Source of the DNA: Eledone cirrhosa
Taxonomy: Eukaryota
Length of the DNA stretch: 64,000 nucleotides
Assembly: GCA_964016885.1 (NCBI GenBank)
Contig: OZ024743.1
Coordinates: 227,540,001-227,604,000, forward strand
Direction of reading: 5' to 3'
Below the pieces are notes generated by a model. It did not search any database. It was not told the DNA's origin and was given only the letters and a program-made list of their open reading frames with translations. Numbering within the stretch: position 1 is the stretch's first letter; each line of letters opens with the position of its first letter. A program made the translations under genes and the position numbers. Positions 1 to 12,750 of this stretch are shown here, piece after piece.

Positions 1-96
1 TCTTTGCGCTTGCGTGAGTGCATCTATGTGTATGAACGTGTTTTCTATTCTTCTACGTATTTGGGTGTTTGTCTGTGTTTTAAGGTATGTGAATAT

Positions 97-161
<65 letters not shown>

Positions 162-223
162 CACACACATAGAAATATATATATATTTATGTGTATATAT
201 ATATATAGAAATATATATATATT

Positions 224-264
<41 letters not shown>

Positions 265-282
265 CTATATGTGTATGCATTG

Positions 283-316
<34 letters not shown>

Positions 317-1136
317 CAATACATACACATATAGTCACACACATATATATATACATATATATATATGTATGTGTGTGTGTGTTTGTGTGTAAAATAATCA
401 TTATTCGAAATCTCAGAAGAACGTTTCATTTCATCGTAGCAGACAATTGGGAGAAAGAATTAAAAACTCAAAAAATAAACAAAGCAATATATAAAACAAA
501 GAATAAAATCTTTAAAAAAAACACAATATCAAAAATTAAAAAAATCAACAACCAAAGATAAAAATTATCGAAAGGCAACAATTTTCCTTTTTTTTTTTAT
601 TTTTAAACCAATTTTTCACCAGTGTCATGGAAGGTAACAAACAGGTGGAAAGAATTCTGCCAAGAGATTTATATCTGGTTCCAAAAAATTTCTAGACTAA
701 TTGATAAAACTCATTCATTTATTTATTCGTTTAGTTTCATTATTTCTCTTTTCCTGTTGCTTTTTGTTTAAAGTGTGGATAGGGAGGGCGGTGGGCTTTC
801 TTTGAAAGGTATGTTTTTTTTCTTTCCCTTTTTCATCCTTTATATTTTTATTTATTTATTTATGAGTTTAGTTTCACTTTTTTTACTTTTATTGTTTAGG
901 TTTTTTGTTTTTTTTCTTAAATAGAACTTATTTTTCATATTTTATTTTTTTATTTTTTTTATTTCTTTGTTATTTTGCTTTTAACTTTTAGTTTGTTAAA
1001 GTGTGAACACACTTGGAATGAGATTGGTGCATTAATAAAAGATTTTCAGTTCACTTAAATTTTTACACTATACGTACATATGTCTCTCTCTCCTCCTCTT
1101 TCTCTCTCTCTCTCTTTCTCTTTCTCCCCCCCCTCA

Positions 1137-1203
<67 letters not shown>

Positions 1204-1728
1204 AACACACACACACATTATATATATAGAGAGAAGGGACGAATTAACGAAAGTGGAAGAAGTCTTGAATACCTTCTTAAGGTTTGTTAAGTTTGATGCG
1301 TTATTCAGGTCTAAAACATGTAGGAATCAAAGCCCAGAGTAAAATCCAAATGCTTATTATACTGGTAGATTAAGACGTTGACAGCAACAAAACATAAATA
1401 ATCAATACAAAATGAAAACCAAAATTGTTATTCAAATTAATTCAATAATTCGTACAATCGTTTCTATGAGGATAAATATACCACCAGTTCAACGAATTAA
1501 TTAATTGGTCAAAAGATTAATAACTTATAATTTATATGGCATAAAATCATCTAACCTCATATCATTAGGAAATATAAATAGATATATTGATTTACTTTAA
1601 CACATCAAAAAAATACGAAGGCAAGCATTCAAATAGCAAAAAGAACGCATAAGGAATATAAACGCACCTATGTTGTGTAATTAAAGAAACAGCGTATTAA
1701 TATAAACAATTTAGAGGAATTTATATTG

Positions 1729-2423
1729 TATTAGCAGAATTACCCGCGCCTTGATGCGTTTCACACAATATTTTGTAAGAAAATGATGATTGATTTTAAA
1801 TCAGTGGTATAATTTATGGAGAAAACTCTGCATTTCAATAAAATGCAGAGTTTAAAATGTAATGCATGAAAAATTGGAAAACATTAATATATGGGCGGTG
1901 GATTGGCAGTATCGGTAGAGGTTCGGACGCCATGCTTTGACGCATAGAGTTACGGCCCTTGCCAATCTGAGTTCAAATCCCGCCGAGGTTAACTTTGCCT
2001 TTCATCCTTACGGGGTCGATAATGTACTGGGTAATTTCTGGCCTTGTGCCAATAGTAGAAACAATTATTTTTTGTAATATATCAAATCAAAATTACATTA
2101 TTAAATCTTATTCTTATTTTGTTTCTTGTAAATAATTTTTTTTAAAATATCAATTCAAAACTTTTGTGAATAGGCATCATATCTTGTCATTTACCTCTGC
2201 TTTCAATTTCATATAAATCGAAGGGAAAACATTTTCAGCGGGGGTTTGTGCCCCCGGGGGAGCCTTTGATTAAAATGAAATATACTTATCCAAGTACCCT
2301 GGGCATTGTAGTTTCAGAATATATGTGGTTATGGGGGGGGGGTCTATTTCCAAAACCATAGCAGGTGTTCGTGAACAAACAAACAAACAAACAGACGGGA
2401 ACTACAACTTTATATATATAGAT
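1729..2423 (+). mobile_element. Putative non-autonomous Helentron/HINE (DINE-1-like) relic with a nested SINE
   Basis: Starts TATTAGCAGAATTACCCGCGCCTTGATGCG and ends (AAAC)n…AACTTTATATATATAGAT, an end pattern typical of HINE/DINE-like elements. Confidence 0.4.
1893..2069 (+). mobile_element. tRNA-derived SINE (Octopus-type)
   Basis: A-box-like TGGCAGTATCGG, B-box-like GAGTTCAAATCC, body GCCTTTCATCCTTACGGGGTCGAT and tail GGCCTTGTGCC…AGAAACAATTATT. Repeated several times in the window. Confidence 0.8.
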
Positions 2424-2830
2424 TATAGGTGACTGAGATTAAAGTAATCTTTCCTGAACAGCAGGTCAGGTAATTTTCTAACTAGATATACTGAGTATAT
2501 TGGAGCAACGTAAAATTAAGTGTTTTTCTCAAGAACACAACATACAACACGGTTTAAGAATAGAACCCTCGCGGAAAATAAACGGATTTGCAAGTCACTA
2601 TACATAGCGAAAACAATATTATTTAAAATTACATGTAATTATGAACATCTTAGTGAAATGTTCCTATAATGATATTGTCAGATTTAGCAAATTCATCAAA
2701 AAAATTCTGCTCACACGAAATTATATGAAAAGAAGAATTCCAATACGTTCATTTTTTGCCTACAAAAGCAAGCACGTATTGGTGTATAAAAAAAGAAACA
2801 CCGTTAGATTAACTAGCAGTGTGATTAATG

Positions 2831-2983
2831 TAATTATTTCTATTTTGGCACAAGGCCAGCAATTATCCCAGTGTATTACTGGTACTTTATTTTATCGACC
2901 CCGTAAGGATGAAAGGCAAAGTTAACCTTGAACTCATAATGGCAAGGGCCCTAACTCAATGCGTCAAATCATGGTGTCCGACC
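2831..2983 (-). mobile_element. SINE copy, internally deleted
   Basis: Reverse-complement match to 1893-2069. Confidence 0.75.
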
Positions 2984-4055
2984 GTAATGTTACATATTTA
3001 CTACGGTGTTTGCTTTTTACAATGACCGGTCGAATAGATGTGTATTAGAAGCTCACGCTACTGAACTTCTGCTGATATCAGCTCCCACCGTGAGCTGAAC
3101 TCATATACAAAAATACAGACATGACCATGCTGGAGACGAACGTAACAGATTAATCAATAATAACAATTAATACCGAGAGGGGGTGGGGTCATAAAAGAAC
3201 ATATAAACAAAGCTAAATAAGGAGTGAAAACGAATAAAACTGCACGCCAAACTCCTATTACTAACTTGCGTGAAACTCTCTAGCTATTAAGCCTAATTCA
3301 GACCTAAGAGATGTAAAAACAATTATATAACGGGAATCACGTAATAGGTTGCGGTTATAAATTAAGTGGGGTCATAAATTGCTAAAATAGAAAGAATATT
3401 AATTCTTGCATAAACATGTAGAATGAGTTTCAGATTTCCTATAGTGAACATATGACTATTACCATGAGATCAATGGCCTATGATGAACTTATCCCTATTG
3501 AAAAAGGTGGGTTTATGGGTTCCGTAAGCCGGTGGAGGGGTGGGGGTGGGGGTGGCGGTGGGGGTATCAGAACGCCCCCTTCTTTATTCCTGAATCACTA
3601 ATGCTATGACAATGAAACTTAGCACACATATATACCATTGATAGGAAAGTATTTCTGCATTACATGTTGTTGACGTCATCAGTTGTATCTAGAAGTGTTT
3701 AAATTTAGTATTTTTATAGTATTCAAATATTTTCCAAAACGAAAAAGGCTCTGACTATCAAACTTTGCTTGGATATAGGTACTGCATATAGGTACAGTCA
3801 CCTACCTTCTCTTTGCCAGGTTTACTAATAACTGAATCAATAACAATGCAAGGGAGAAAATATTGCAAAATGGATCAAATAATTGTTGCCATGGTAACCA
3901 CGTGTCCTCACAGGATTGAAATAAAAAGTGATTTTATCTGAACGCATTTCATTGAGCATTCATTAATTGCAGCCTTGACGAGGAAACATTAAAACACCTA
4001 CGCTACCCCATTGCTAGAAGAATGAAATAAATGAGACGAATGTGTCGAGTGAATA

Positions 4056-4156
4056 ATTTTTTCAAGTTTTGGTACAAGGCCAGCAATTATCCCAATGCAT
4101 TACCGGTACTTTATTTGATCAACCCCGTAAGGATGAAAGGCAAAATTAACCTCGGC
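4056..4156 (-). mobile_element. SINE 3' fragment
   Basis: CAAGGCCAGCAATT…CCCCGTAAGGATGAAAGGCAAAATTAACCTCGGC matches the same family. Confidence 0.7.
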
Positions 4157-4615
4157 CTTGTCGAGTGAATAATACAATAGCACCATATGTCAGCAATTGA
4201 AAAGAAATTAATCTCGTTGGACATCACTTTGAAGTGCAGTTTACCTGGTCATTTACACTTTAACATGCGGTTTGCCTTTACTAGCACCAACCCAGTAGGC
4301 AGGTTCCTTGTTACTGCGGTGGAGCAGGTTGTTTACAGTTTAGCGTGAAGTGAGCCTCGACTGCAGAAACTAAACTTAACCCCAAATCGTTAGACAGGTT
4401 TCACTATTAAACAGCGTAGACTTTGCAACCTGTGGTAACACCTATACATAATAAGGAAATAAAAGTACGAACTTGTTCATCACAATGATATTGATTAGCT
4501 TCTGGTTGTTGATCGCAGATGGTTCCTAGTCTCATAATATTATAATTCACCTGTAAATTTAAATAGTATTTTCGGAGAAGAAATACATTGGTAGAAATAA
4601 ATTCAAAATAATAAT

Positions 4616-4797
4616 GAAATAATTGTTTCTACTTTAGGCACAAGGCCAGCAATTATCCCAGGGTATAACTGGTACTTTATTTTATTGACCCCGTAAGGAT
4701 GAAAGGCAAAGTTAACCTCGGCGGGATTTGAACTCAGACCATAATGGGCCGTAACTCTATGCGTCAAAGCATGGCGTCCGACCCTCTACCGATACTG
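4616..4797 (-). mobile_element. SINE near full-length copy
   Basis: Reverse-complement match to 1893-2069 including the B-box (GGGATTTGAACTC). Confidence 0.8.
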
Positions 4798-5025
4798 AAT
4801 GAAATAGTATTATGTTACATACTCAATGTAGAAATATCAAACAAGTTCTCTTCTATCGCACCATGCACTTTAATATGGATAAAACACGTAGATAATATAG
4901 TTCTAGATACACTCATGAGACACATATGATCATTGGTCTTTTCAAGGAAAACACATCTAGGGTTTTCACTGCAGTAGGATCAAAACATACATTACACTTA
5001 CCATTAACAAAAATAAAATCCGCTT

Positions 5026-5129
<104 letters not shown>

Positions 5130-5481
5130 TATATAATCGTACACATGATATAGCGTCTGTAACGAATATTCTCATGATCGACGAAAGACTGCAGAACTAA
5201 GTTTGTTAGTCATATTATCAAGCGAATATGTTTTAAAATGTCTGGACGGGAATTTGTCAAACGTCTCATGAGATCTATCTCTCTCTTTCTCCCTCTGTCT
5301 CTCTCTCTCTCTCTCTCTCACTCACTTTATATATATATATATATATATATAGGAACCAGTAAGACCCCGACAGCTGAGCTCAAGCCGTTTCGACGGCATA
5401 TATATAGATATATGTTTATCCTGTGTTCAATCGGGGGCAACCACAGTAAGTAAGGTACTCAATACATAGCATAGTATACAT

Positions 5482-5608
5482 ATTTAATGTAGAAATGGCT
5501 TCTACAGCACTAGATCTGTTTCATTCGGGAGAAATCATCATGAAGCCCTGATGATTTCTCCCGAATATAACGGTTCTAGTCGTGTAGAAGCCATTTCTAT
5601 ATTAAATA
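5482..5608. repeat. Imperfect palindrome with degenerate hammerhead-like cores (Penelope-type terminus)
   Basis: Arms ATTTAATGTAGAAATGGCTTCTACA… / …TGTAGAAGCCATTTCTATATTAAAT; the centre has CTGATGATTTCTCCCGAAT on one arm and its near-mirror on the other. Confidence 0.6.
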
Positions 5609-5609
5609 A

Positions 5610-5765
<156 letters not shown>

Positions 5766-5810
5766 CGTAAAATAAGAAAATTATAAAATTAACTTACTTA
5801 CTAAAATTTC

Positions 5811-5893
5811 ACTCCCAACTAATTAGTTTCTGAAAGGGAATAAACATACTTTCCGAAGAAGCGTACGGAGAAGCCTTTCGTCATCAGGGAAGT
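5811..5893 (-). ncRNA. Type I hammerhead ribozyme motif (family H2)
   Basis: ACTTCC-CTGATGA-C-GAAAGG…CCTTTC-A-GAAA-CTAATTAG-TT-GGGAGT: stems I/II/III with a palindromic stem III and a GUU triplet. Confidence 0.7.
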
Positions 5894-5943
5894 CTATTCT
5901 CAGCTAAGTTTCCAGGCAATACGTGGACACAGGGAACTTATAC

Positions 5944-6033
5944 ATAATGTGAAAGGGAAAAAGAGGGAGGAAGAGAGAGACATTCAATAAATTCTAAAAT
6001 GTATTTGAGCAGTCTCATAACAGACACACACAT

Positions 6034-6119
<86 letters not shown>

Positions 6120-6208
6120 ATGTGTGTGTCTGTATGAGACTGCTCAAATACATTTTAGAATTTATTGAATATCTCTCTCTTCCTCCCTCTTTTTCCCTTT
6201 CACATTAT
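5944..6208. repeat. Inverted repeat (~90-bp arms) around a (TA)n tract
   Basis: 5944-6035 is the reverse complement of 6117-6208. Confidence 0.85.
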
Positions 6209-7084
6209 ACAATTCAAGTACAAAGTACAATTGACCAAATATCTCACTCTCAATAGTATGATTTTTTTCTAATATATGAGAGAAATTACGAAATGTCTCT
6301 CTTTATATAAATAGCATGAAGCTATCTCTCTCTTTCATATTTTCTCTCTCTTTCTCTATTTTTCTCTTTCTCTCTGATGATGCTATTCAAATATATTGCT
6401 ACAGTTACGAAATGTCTCTTTCTATATATAGCATTTGGCTAGGTCTAAAACGCTCTCTCACTCGCTCACACTTACTCTTACCTTCTCCTGCTTTCTCTCC
6501 TTTTCTTTCTCTTTCTCTCTCTCTCACTCTCTCTCGCATTCTCACATACACTCTTTCACATATCCCTTTCTTGTATGTGGTTAACTCTAAAACTAACTCT
6601 CTTTCACTCATTTTCTCTCTCTCCCTTTCTCTCTCTCTCTCTTTCACTCTCTCTATCTCTTTCCCTCTCTATCTCTCTCTGTTTCTCTCTATCTCTCTCG
6701 CATTCTCTTATACACTCTCTCACCCCCCCCCCCTCTCGTATGAGGTTAACTCTAAAACTAACTCTCTTTCACTCACTTTCTCTCTCTCTCTTTACTATGA
6801 AGCTAGCTTTAAAACTATCACTCTCTATTTATCTCTCCCTCTATATATAGTATGAGGCCAACAGTAGAACTATTTAGAAGAGAAAAATCAATATTCTGTG
6901 ACTTATTCAATAATGGCAGATATAAAATTTTAATGCTGCCATTTTGGAAGAAATGCAAGAATTTAATTGTTTTTTGTTTTGTTTTTCTTTTGTGTGTCTG
7001 TATGTTTTCTTGCTGTTAGTATATAGTAAAATAGTGTTGTTTTCTCGTTTGACTTGTGTGTGTGTTTGTGGGAGTTTTCTATAT

Positions 7085-7162
7085 ATTTTTTGTTGTTGGT
7101 TCTGCTATTGCTGTTGTTGATTTTCCTTTTGTTGTTGTTTGTGTTGTTGCTGTTATTACTTG

Positions 7163-7238
<76 letters not shown>

Positions 7239-7290
7239 GATGGTGGTGGTGGTGCTGGTACTGCTGTTGATATTGTTATTATTGATGTTT
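7085..7290. repeat. (GTT)n microsatellite
   Basis: Long TTG triplet run. Confidence 0.95.
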
Positions 7291-7587
7291 GCAAAAGTCA
7301 ACCAAAACAGCAACAGGAAAAAGCGGTTTTAATGCAATTTACTGAAATTTTTCATTTCCGTTTAAAATTGTCTTTTACATTGGACAGACGAAAAACTATG
7401 GGAGTAGGAGAGAACAAGAGAAGTGGGAGGAAGAGGAGACAGGCAGAGATAAAAGGGAGAACAGGTAGTCGGCAGTAAGGAAAATGCACATACACACGCT
7501 AACACATAAATAAACAATTTTCAAAAGACAGACTAACGGAATGATAAGTATATATAAATGTAAATATATATATATATACACTGAAAA

Positions 7588-7620
<33 letters not shown>

Positions 7621-7622
7621 GA

Positions 7623-7676
<54 letters not shown>

Positions 7677-8789
7677 AGAGAGAGAGAGAGTGGGGGAGAG
7701 AGAGTTGAAAAGTGAATACATTTGCATCAGGTAAGTCGTAATGGTGATTTAGTGATAGAAATAGATTAGGTAAGACTAAGGATATGCATCGTAGCTTTCT
7801 TTATCGACATCAAAATGATGAAAGGTAAAGTACAACGTCAGAGGGCTGACATAGGAATACAGAAGTATGTTGTTTTTTTGTTTAGCTTCAGATTGTTCCC
7901 GGGCGAGCAGACATGACCAAATGTAGGTATTCTTGCCGTCGTCATCTCTGCTTTATGCCATACATAATATATCTAGGAATGTATTATATAATGTATCTTT
8001 TGTTTTCTTTTTATAAAATAGTATACTCTGATGATGGAAAGCAATTCACTTACAATTTCTGTCAGATCAATTAACCGCCTATAATCGCCGTTCGCCGACT
8101 CGATTCATAATAGTGTTATTACTTAGCCCAGCTTCAACCAGATCAAGTAGGCCAGAGATCAGATGTATGTCAGAAAGCATGATATATATGATACATTGCT
8201 TTCTTTAGAGACGTCCTCATTAGGTCTAATTGATTGTTCACTTTCGCATTTGTTGGCTTTGTACGTACATTAGAATCTCTTATTTAGGCAAGGTGAGAAG
8301 ACGTGCCCCATTATTTTTGCAACTCTTGATCAATTCATGTTTATGTGTGAAATACCTGAAAATAACATCTGAAAGGAGACAGAGAAAATGAGGGGAAGGG
8401 AGCATCTGTGTCATTATTAATCTTCTAGAAACAGCAGCCAAATATTCTTCGAACCACGCATTGCCATTTCACAAAACAAATAAACAAATCAAATGAAAGA
8501 TTGATCTTCTGGGTATAATGACATTTTATCTAATAGAAATAGCAGCAATATCTTCTTCGGATTATATCTTCAAGTTGTAAAATGGAAATATACAGATAAG
8601 CATTGAGAAGGTCACAGAAAGTGTGACGGAAGAGGTTTGATAATTGTATATGACAATTATACAACACTCCTTCAGTAAACTATCAGAGGTTAGATTAGGT
8701 AGCTGATGTGAAACTCAACTGGTGCGTGTGGTATATATATATATAGGCAGTATGACAATTTCAAAGTACAAATCTCACTTACCCTCTCT

Positions 8790-8823
<34 letters not shown>

Positions 8824-8984
8824 AAAGTCTCATATATATATTTAAAAGAAGAGATATGAGGATCCGCTAAGGTGAAACAATTGTTCTCGGTATGGTGAAC
8901 TAATTGTTGTGTAACCACTTCTACCTAACTCATCCCATGGACTGTGTGCTTTACCACTACGGACATTACCTTCCAATGTTCTAC

Positions 8985-9033
<49 letters not shown>

Positions 9034-9296
9034 CATATATATATACATATATATATATTTATATACACATACATATATATATATATATACATATATATAT
9101 TTATATACACATACATATATATATCGTTTGCTATTTTTAGCAGCACGAAATTGACCTCTCCACTGTGCTTTTGTATTTGCACACGGTAACATAAAGAAAT
9201 TGTTTCACCATTCATTTGTTCTCATTCTGGGGCAGTTCTGAATGGCGCCTGTTTGTAATTTGAACTCGGGAATTTTATGTTCTCCGAGAGAGAAAA

Positions 9297-9377
9297 GCCT
9301 TCTGAAGATGATCTCTTTCTCAATGAAAATCCGCTTGGATTATCTATTTGTTTGAGATCTGAAACCGCGGTAAGGGC
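9297..9377 (+). ncRNA. Type I hammerhead ribozyme motif (family H1, copy 1)
   Basis: GCCTT-CTGAAGA-TGATCTC…GAGATCT-GAAA-CCGCGG-TA-AGGGC; GUA triplet at 9370-9372. Confidence 0.75.
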
Positions 9378-9787
9378 ACATATAGTAAGTACAGTGAATT
9401 GTTTGGAATTTAATTATTTATTTTTAAGATATGTTCTGTGTTTACACTCCCTTGATTTTATATGTTCTGGCTTGTTAATTTATTAACATGCCATTGAACC
9501 AAGCTGGCATACGGTTGGACTATATTTGTGTACCTGTGTGTATTAATTACATGCAGGAACACATACTTTTATTATTATTCTCCCCAATGGTAGAGAAACC
9601 TTTGGTCGTTTGAACGGCTGGTATTTTTAGCAGCACGGAATAGGACCTGTCCACCGTGCTTTTGTCTTTGCACATGGTACCATAAAGAAATTGTTTCATC
9701 ATTCATTTACTCTCATTCTGAGGCAGTTCTGAATGGCGCCAGTTTGTAATTTGAACTCGGGAATTTTATATTCTCCGAGAGGGAAAA

Positions 9788-9868
9788 GCCTTCTGACGAT
9801 GATCTCTTTGTCAATGGAATTCCGCTCGGATTATCTATTTGTTTGGGATCTGAAACCGCGGTAAGGGC
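9788..9868 (+). ncRNA. Type I hammerhead ribozyme motif (family H1, copy 2)
   Basis: GCCTT-CTGACGA-TGATCTC…GGGATCT-GAAA-CCGCGG-TA-AGGGC; GUA triplet at 9861-9863. Confidence 0.75.
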
Positions 9869-9946
9869 ACATATAGTAAGTACAGTGAATTTTTTGGAAT
9901 TTAATTATTTATTATTTAAGATATTTTCTGTGTTTACACTCCCTTG

Positions 9947-10057
<111 letters not shown>

Positions 10058-10058
10058 T

Positions 10059-10659
10059 AATGTAAGCGGGAAGCCGCTGGAATTGGTGGAGGACTTCCTG
10101 TATTTGTGAGCAAAGATTGGGAATACGGAAGATGATGTGGTTGAGAGGAAGAGCAAGGCCTGGGCGGCGTGCCACAGCTTGAGATCGGTGTGGAAGTCGG
10201 ACCTTCGTAGAGTCCTGAAAATCCGCCTCTTCATTGCTGTAGTGGAGTCTGTGCTGCTGTATGGGTCTGAGACTTGGACACTGACCAAGAAACTCACTCA
10301 GATGGTGGATGGGTGCTACACAAGAATGCTGAGGATGGCTCTGAACATTAATCAGTATACACTGAGGGTGAAAAACTCAGAGCTGTATGGGAGCATCCCA
10401 AAAGTCAGCTTAAAAGTGACACAGAGGAGACTGGGGTTAGCTGGACATGCTCACCGACATCCAGAGTTGACATTGCACTCAGTGCTCCTTTGGGAGCCCC
10501 TACATGGACACACTAGAAGAGGAAGACCAAGGTTAACGTATGTTGATGCCCTAAGGACAGACACTGGTCTGTTGGAGACGCAGGACATGGCAGCGATAAT
10601 GAGGGACAGAGACCGCTGGAGAGAACTCGTCCATGGATCTCGGGAATTTTACCCGCCTT

Positions 10660-10661
<2 letters not shown>
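10059..10661 (+). mobile_element. 5'-truncated RTE-clade LINE (C-terminal part of RT ORF)
   Basis: ORF 10137-10661 has VWKSDL…[22 protein letters not shown]…GHAHRH…GRPR…RDRWR, typical of the RTE 3' end; embedded in (TA)n. Confidence 0.85.
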
Positions 10662-10743
<82 letters not shown>

Positions 10744-10908
10744 AATTAGTATATCTACCAACATATATATACAGATGCATACATATGCTAGCAAATATAT
10801 AGGTTTTGCCTTAGTAACTTTGTGGTTCAATGCAAGGGGATGCAGAACAATTATATGAAAGACGTAAAATAATAAAATTATAAAAATTAATTTACTTACT
10901 AAAATTTC

Positions 10909-10991
10909 ACTCCAACTAATTAGTTTCTGAAAGGGAATAAACATGGTTTCCGAATGGAACCCACGGAGAAAGCCTATCGTCATCAGGAAGT
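10909..10991 (-). ncRNA. Type I hammerhead motif (H2)
   Basis: ACTTC-CTGATGA-CGATAGG…CCTTTCA-GAAA-CTAATTAG-TT-GGAGT. Confidence 0.65.
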
Positions 10992-11908
10992 CTATTCTCA
11001 GCTAAGTTCCCAGGCGATGCGTGGACACAGGGAACTTATACAAAAATAATTCAGTGGATGGACAAAAGCAAGCGTGGACTAAATTCCAAGACATTGAAAA
11101 AATCACAGCCTACTTGGTCGGTGGCAAATTCAAAAGAATCAATCACGTGACATCGAGGTTAATCAGTGAGGAGTGGGTTGTTAAGAAGACAGTAGCCGAA
11201 CCATTACTATGAACTATAGTAGCAGTTTTGGCAAATGTTTTCTCAACAAAATAATTTTGAGATAATTATAAAGAATTAGTATATCTACCAACATATATAT
11301 ACAGAGGCATACCTATGCTAGCAAATATATAGGTTTTGTCTTAGTAACTTGGTGGTTCAATGCAAGGGGATACAGAACAATTATATGAAAGACGTAAAGG
11401 CTTTCTCCATGGGTTCCATTCGGAAACCATGTTTATTCCCTTTCAGAAACTAATTAGTTGAAGTGAAATTTTAGTAAGTAAGTTATTTTTTATAATTTTC
11501 TTATTTTACGTCTTTCATATAATTGTTCTGCATCCCCTTGCATTGAACCACCAAGTTACTAAGACAAAACCTATATATTTGCTAGCATAGGTATGCCTCT
11601 GTATATATATGTTGGTAGATATACTAATTCTTTATAATTATCTCAAAATTATTTTGTTGAGCAAAAATGTGCCAAACTGCAACTATAGTTCATAGTAATA
11701 GTTCGGCTACTGTCTTATTAACACCCACTCCTCACTGATTAACCTCGATGTCACGTGATTGATTCTTTTGAATTTGCCACCGACCAAGTACGCAGTGATT
11801 TTTTCAATGTTTGGAATTTAGTCCACGCTTGCTTTTTTCCCTCCACTGAATTATTTTTGTATAAGTTCCCTGTGTCCACGCATCGTATGGGAACTTAGCT
11901 GAGAATAG

Positions 11909-11991
11909 ACTTCCTGGTGACGAAAGGCTTTCTCCGTGGGTTCCATTCGGAAACCATGTTTATTCCCTTTCAGAAACTAATTAGTTGGAGT
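11909..11991 (+). ncRNA. Type I hammerhead motif (H2), core mutated to CTGGTGA
   Basis: Same fold as 10909-10991 with an A-to-G change in the CUGANGA core. Confidence 0.55.
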
Positions 11992-12101
11992 GAAATTTTA
12001 GTAAGTAAGTTAATTTTTATAATTTTCTTATTTTACGTCTTTCATATATATATATATATATATATACATATACACACACACGCACACACACATACATATA
12101 T

Positions 12102-12132
<31 letters not shown>

Positions 12133-12164
12133 ATACTTATATATATATATATATACACATATAT

Positions 12165-12205
<41 letters not shown>

Positions 12206-12210
12206 CATAT

Positions 12211-12395
12211 AGGGAAATCTTTGATCCCGACGGCAGAGCTCAAGCCGTTTCGACAGCTATTTCTGGACTGAGTCCAGAAATAGCCGTCGAAACGGCTTGA
12301 GCTCTGCCGTTGGGGTCAAACATTTTCCTATTACCCACTCTACTACCCTAAGAATTGAGTACTTTGGTTTGTTATGGTCCATCTGGTTCCTTACC
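12211..12395 (+). mobile_element. Palindromic repeat family (120-bp hairpin plus tail)
   Basis: 12211-12330 is self-complementary around GGACTGAGTCC; homologous to 58838-59028 and to a half copy at ~5350-5397. Confidence 0.75.
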
Positions 12396-12408
12396 ACACC
12401 TCCTTCGT

Positions 12409-12453
<45 letters not shown>

Positions 12454-12750
12454 CGACAACAGAATGCCGTACTGGAAGATATGTTGTAAATTTTAATTCT
12501 CTCTCTATATTTATATATATACACAGATAGATATATTTCTTTATTTACCATAAAGGCATAAAAAGAAGGGACAAATACAAAGGAGGAGTTTACGTAAAAT
12601 TGAGTAAAAAGCGTATAAAATGAAAATAATCGAAAACAACCTCAAAAGGGAGGGGACGTGATGGGGGTTGCACACACCCCCGAAAAAGTGTGCAATCCTT
12701 TGCCCGGGGAGCACATGGAGAAGGTGCTCCCCTCTCCTTCACTTCTTTAC

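Larger units (their letters stand above)
10741..12047. mobile_element. Inverted duplication of a ~530-bp tandem non-coding unit with hammerheads (Penelope-like non-autonomous element, family H2)
   Basis: 10741 repeats at 11271 (period 530); orientation flips at ~11397; the right arm is reverse-complementary to the left; flanked by (TA)n. Confidence 0.75.

Noticed and set aside
6316-7478. Leu/Ser-, Asn-, Val- and Thr-rich ORFs
   Set aside because: (CT)n and (GTT)n repeats, not genes.
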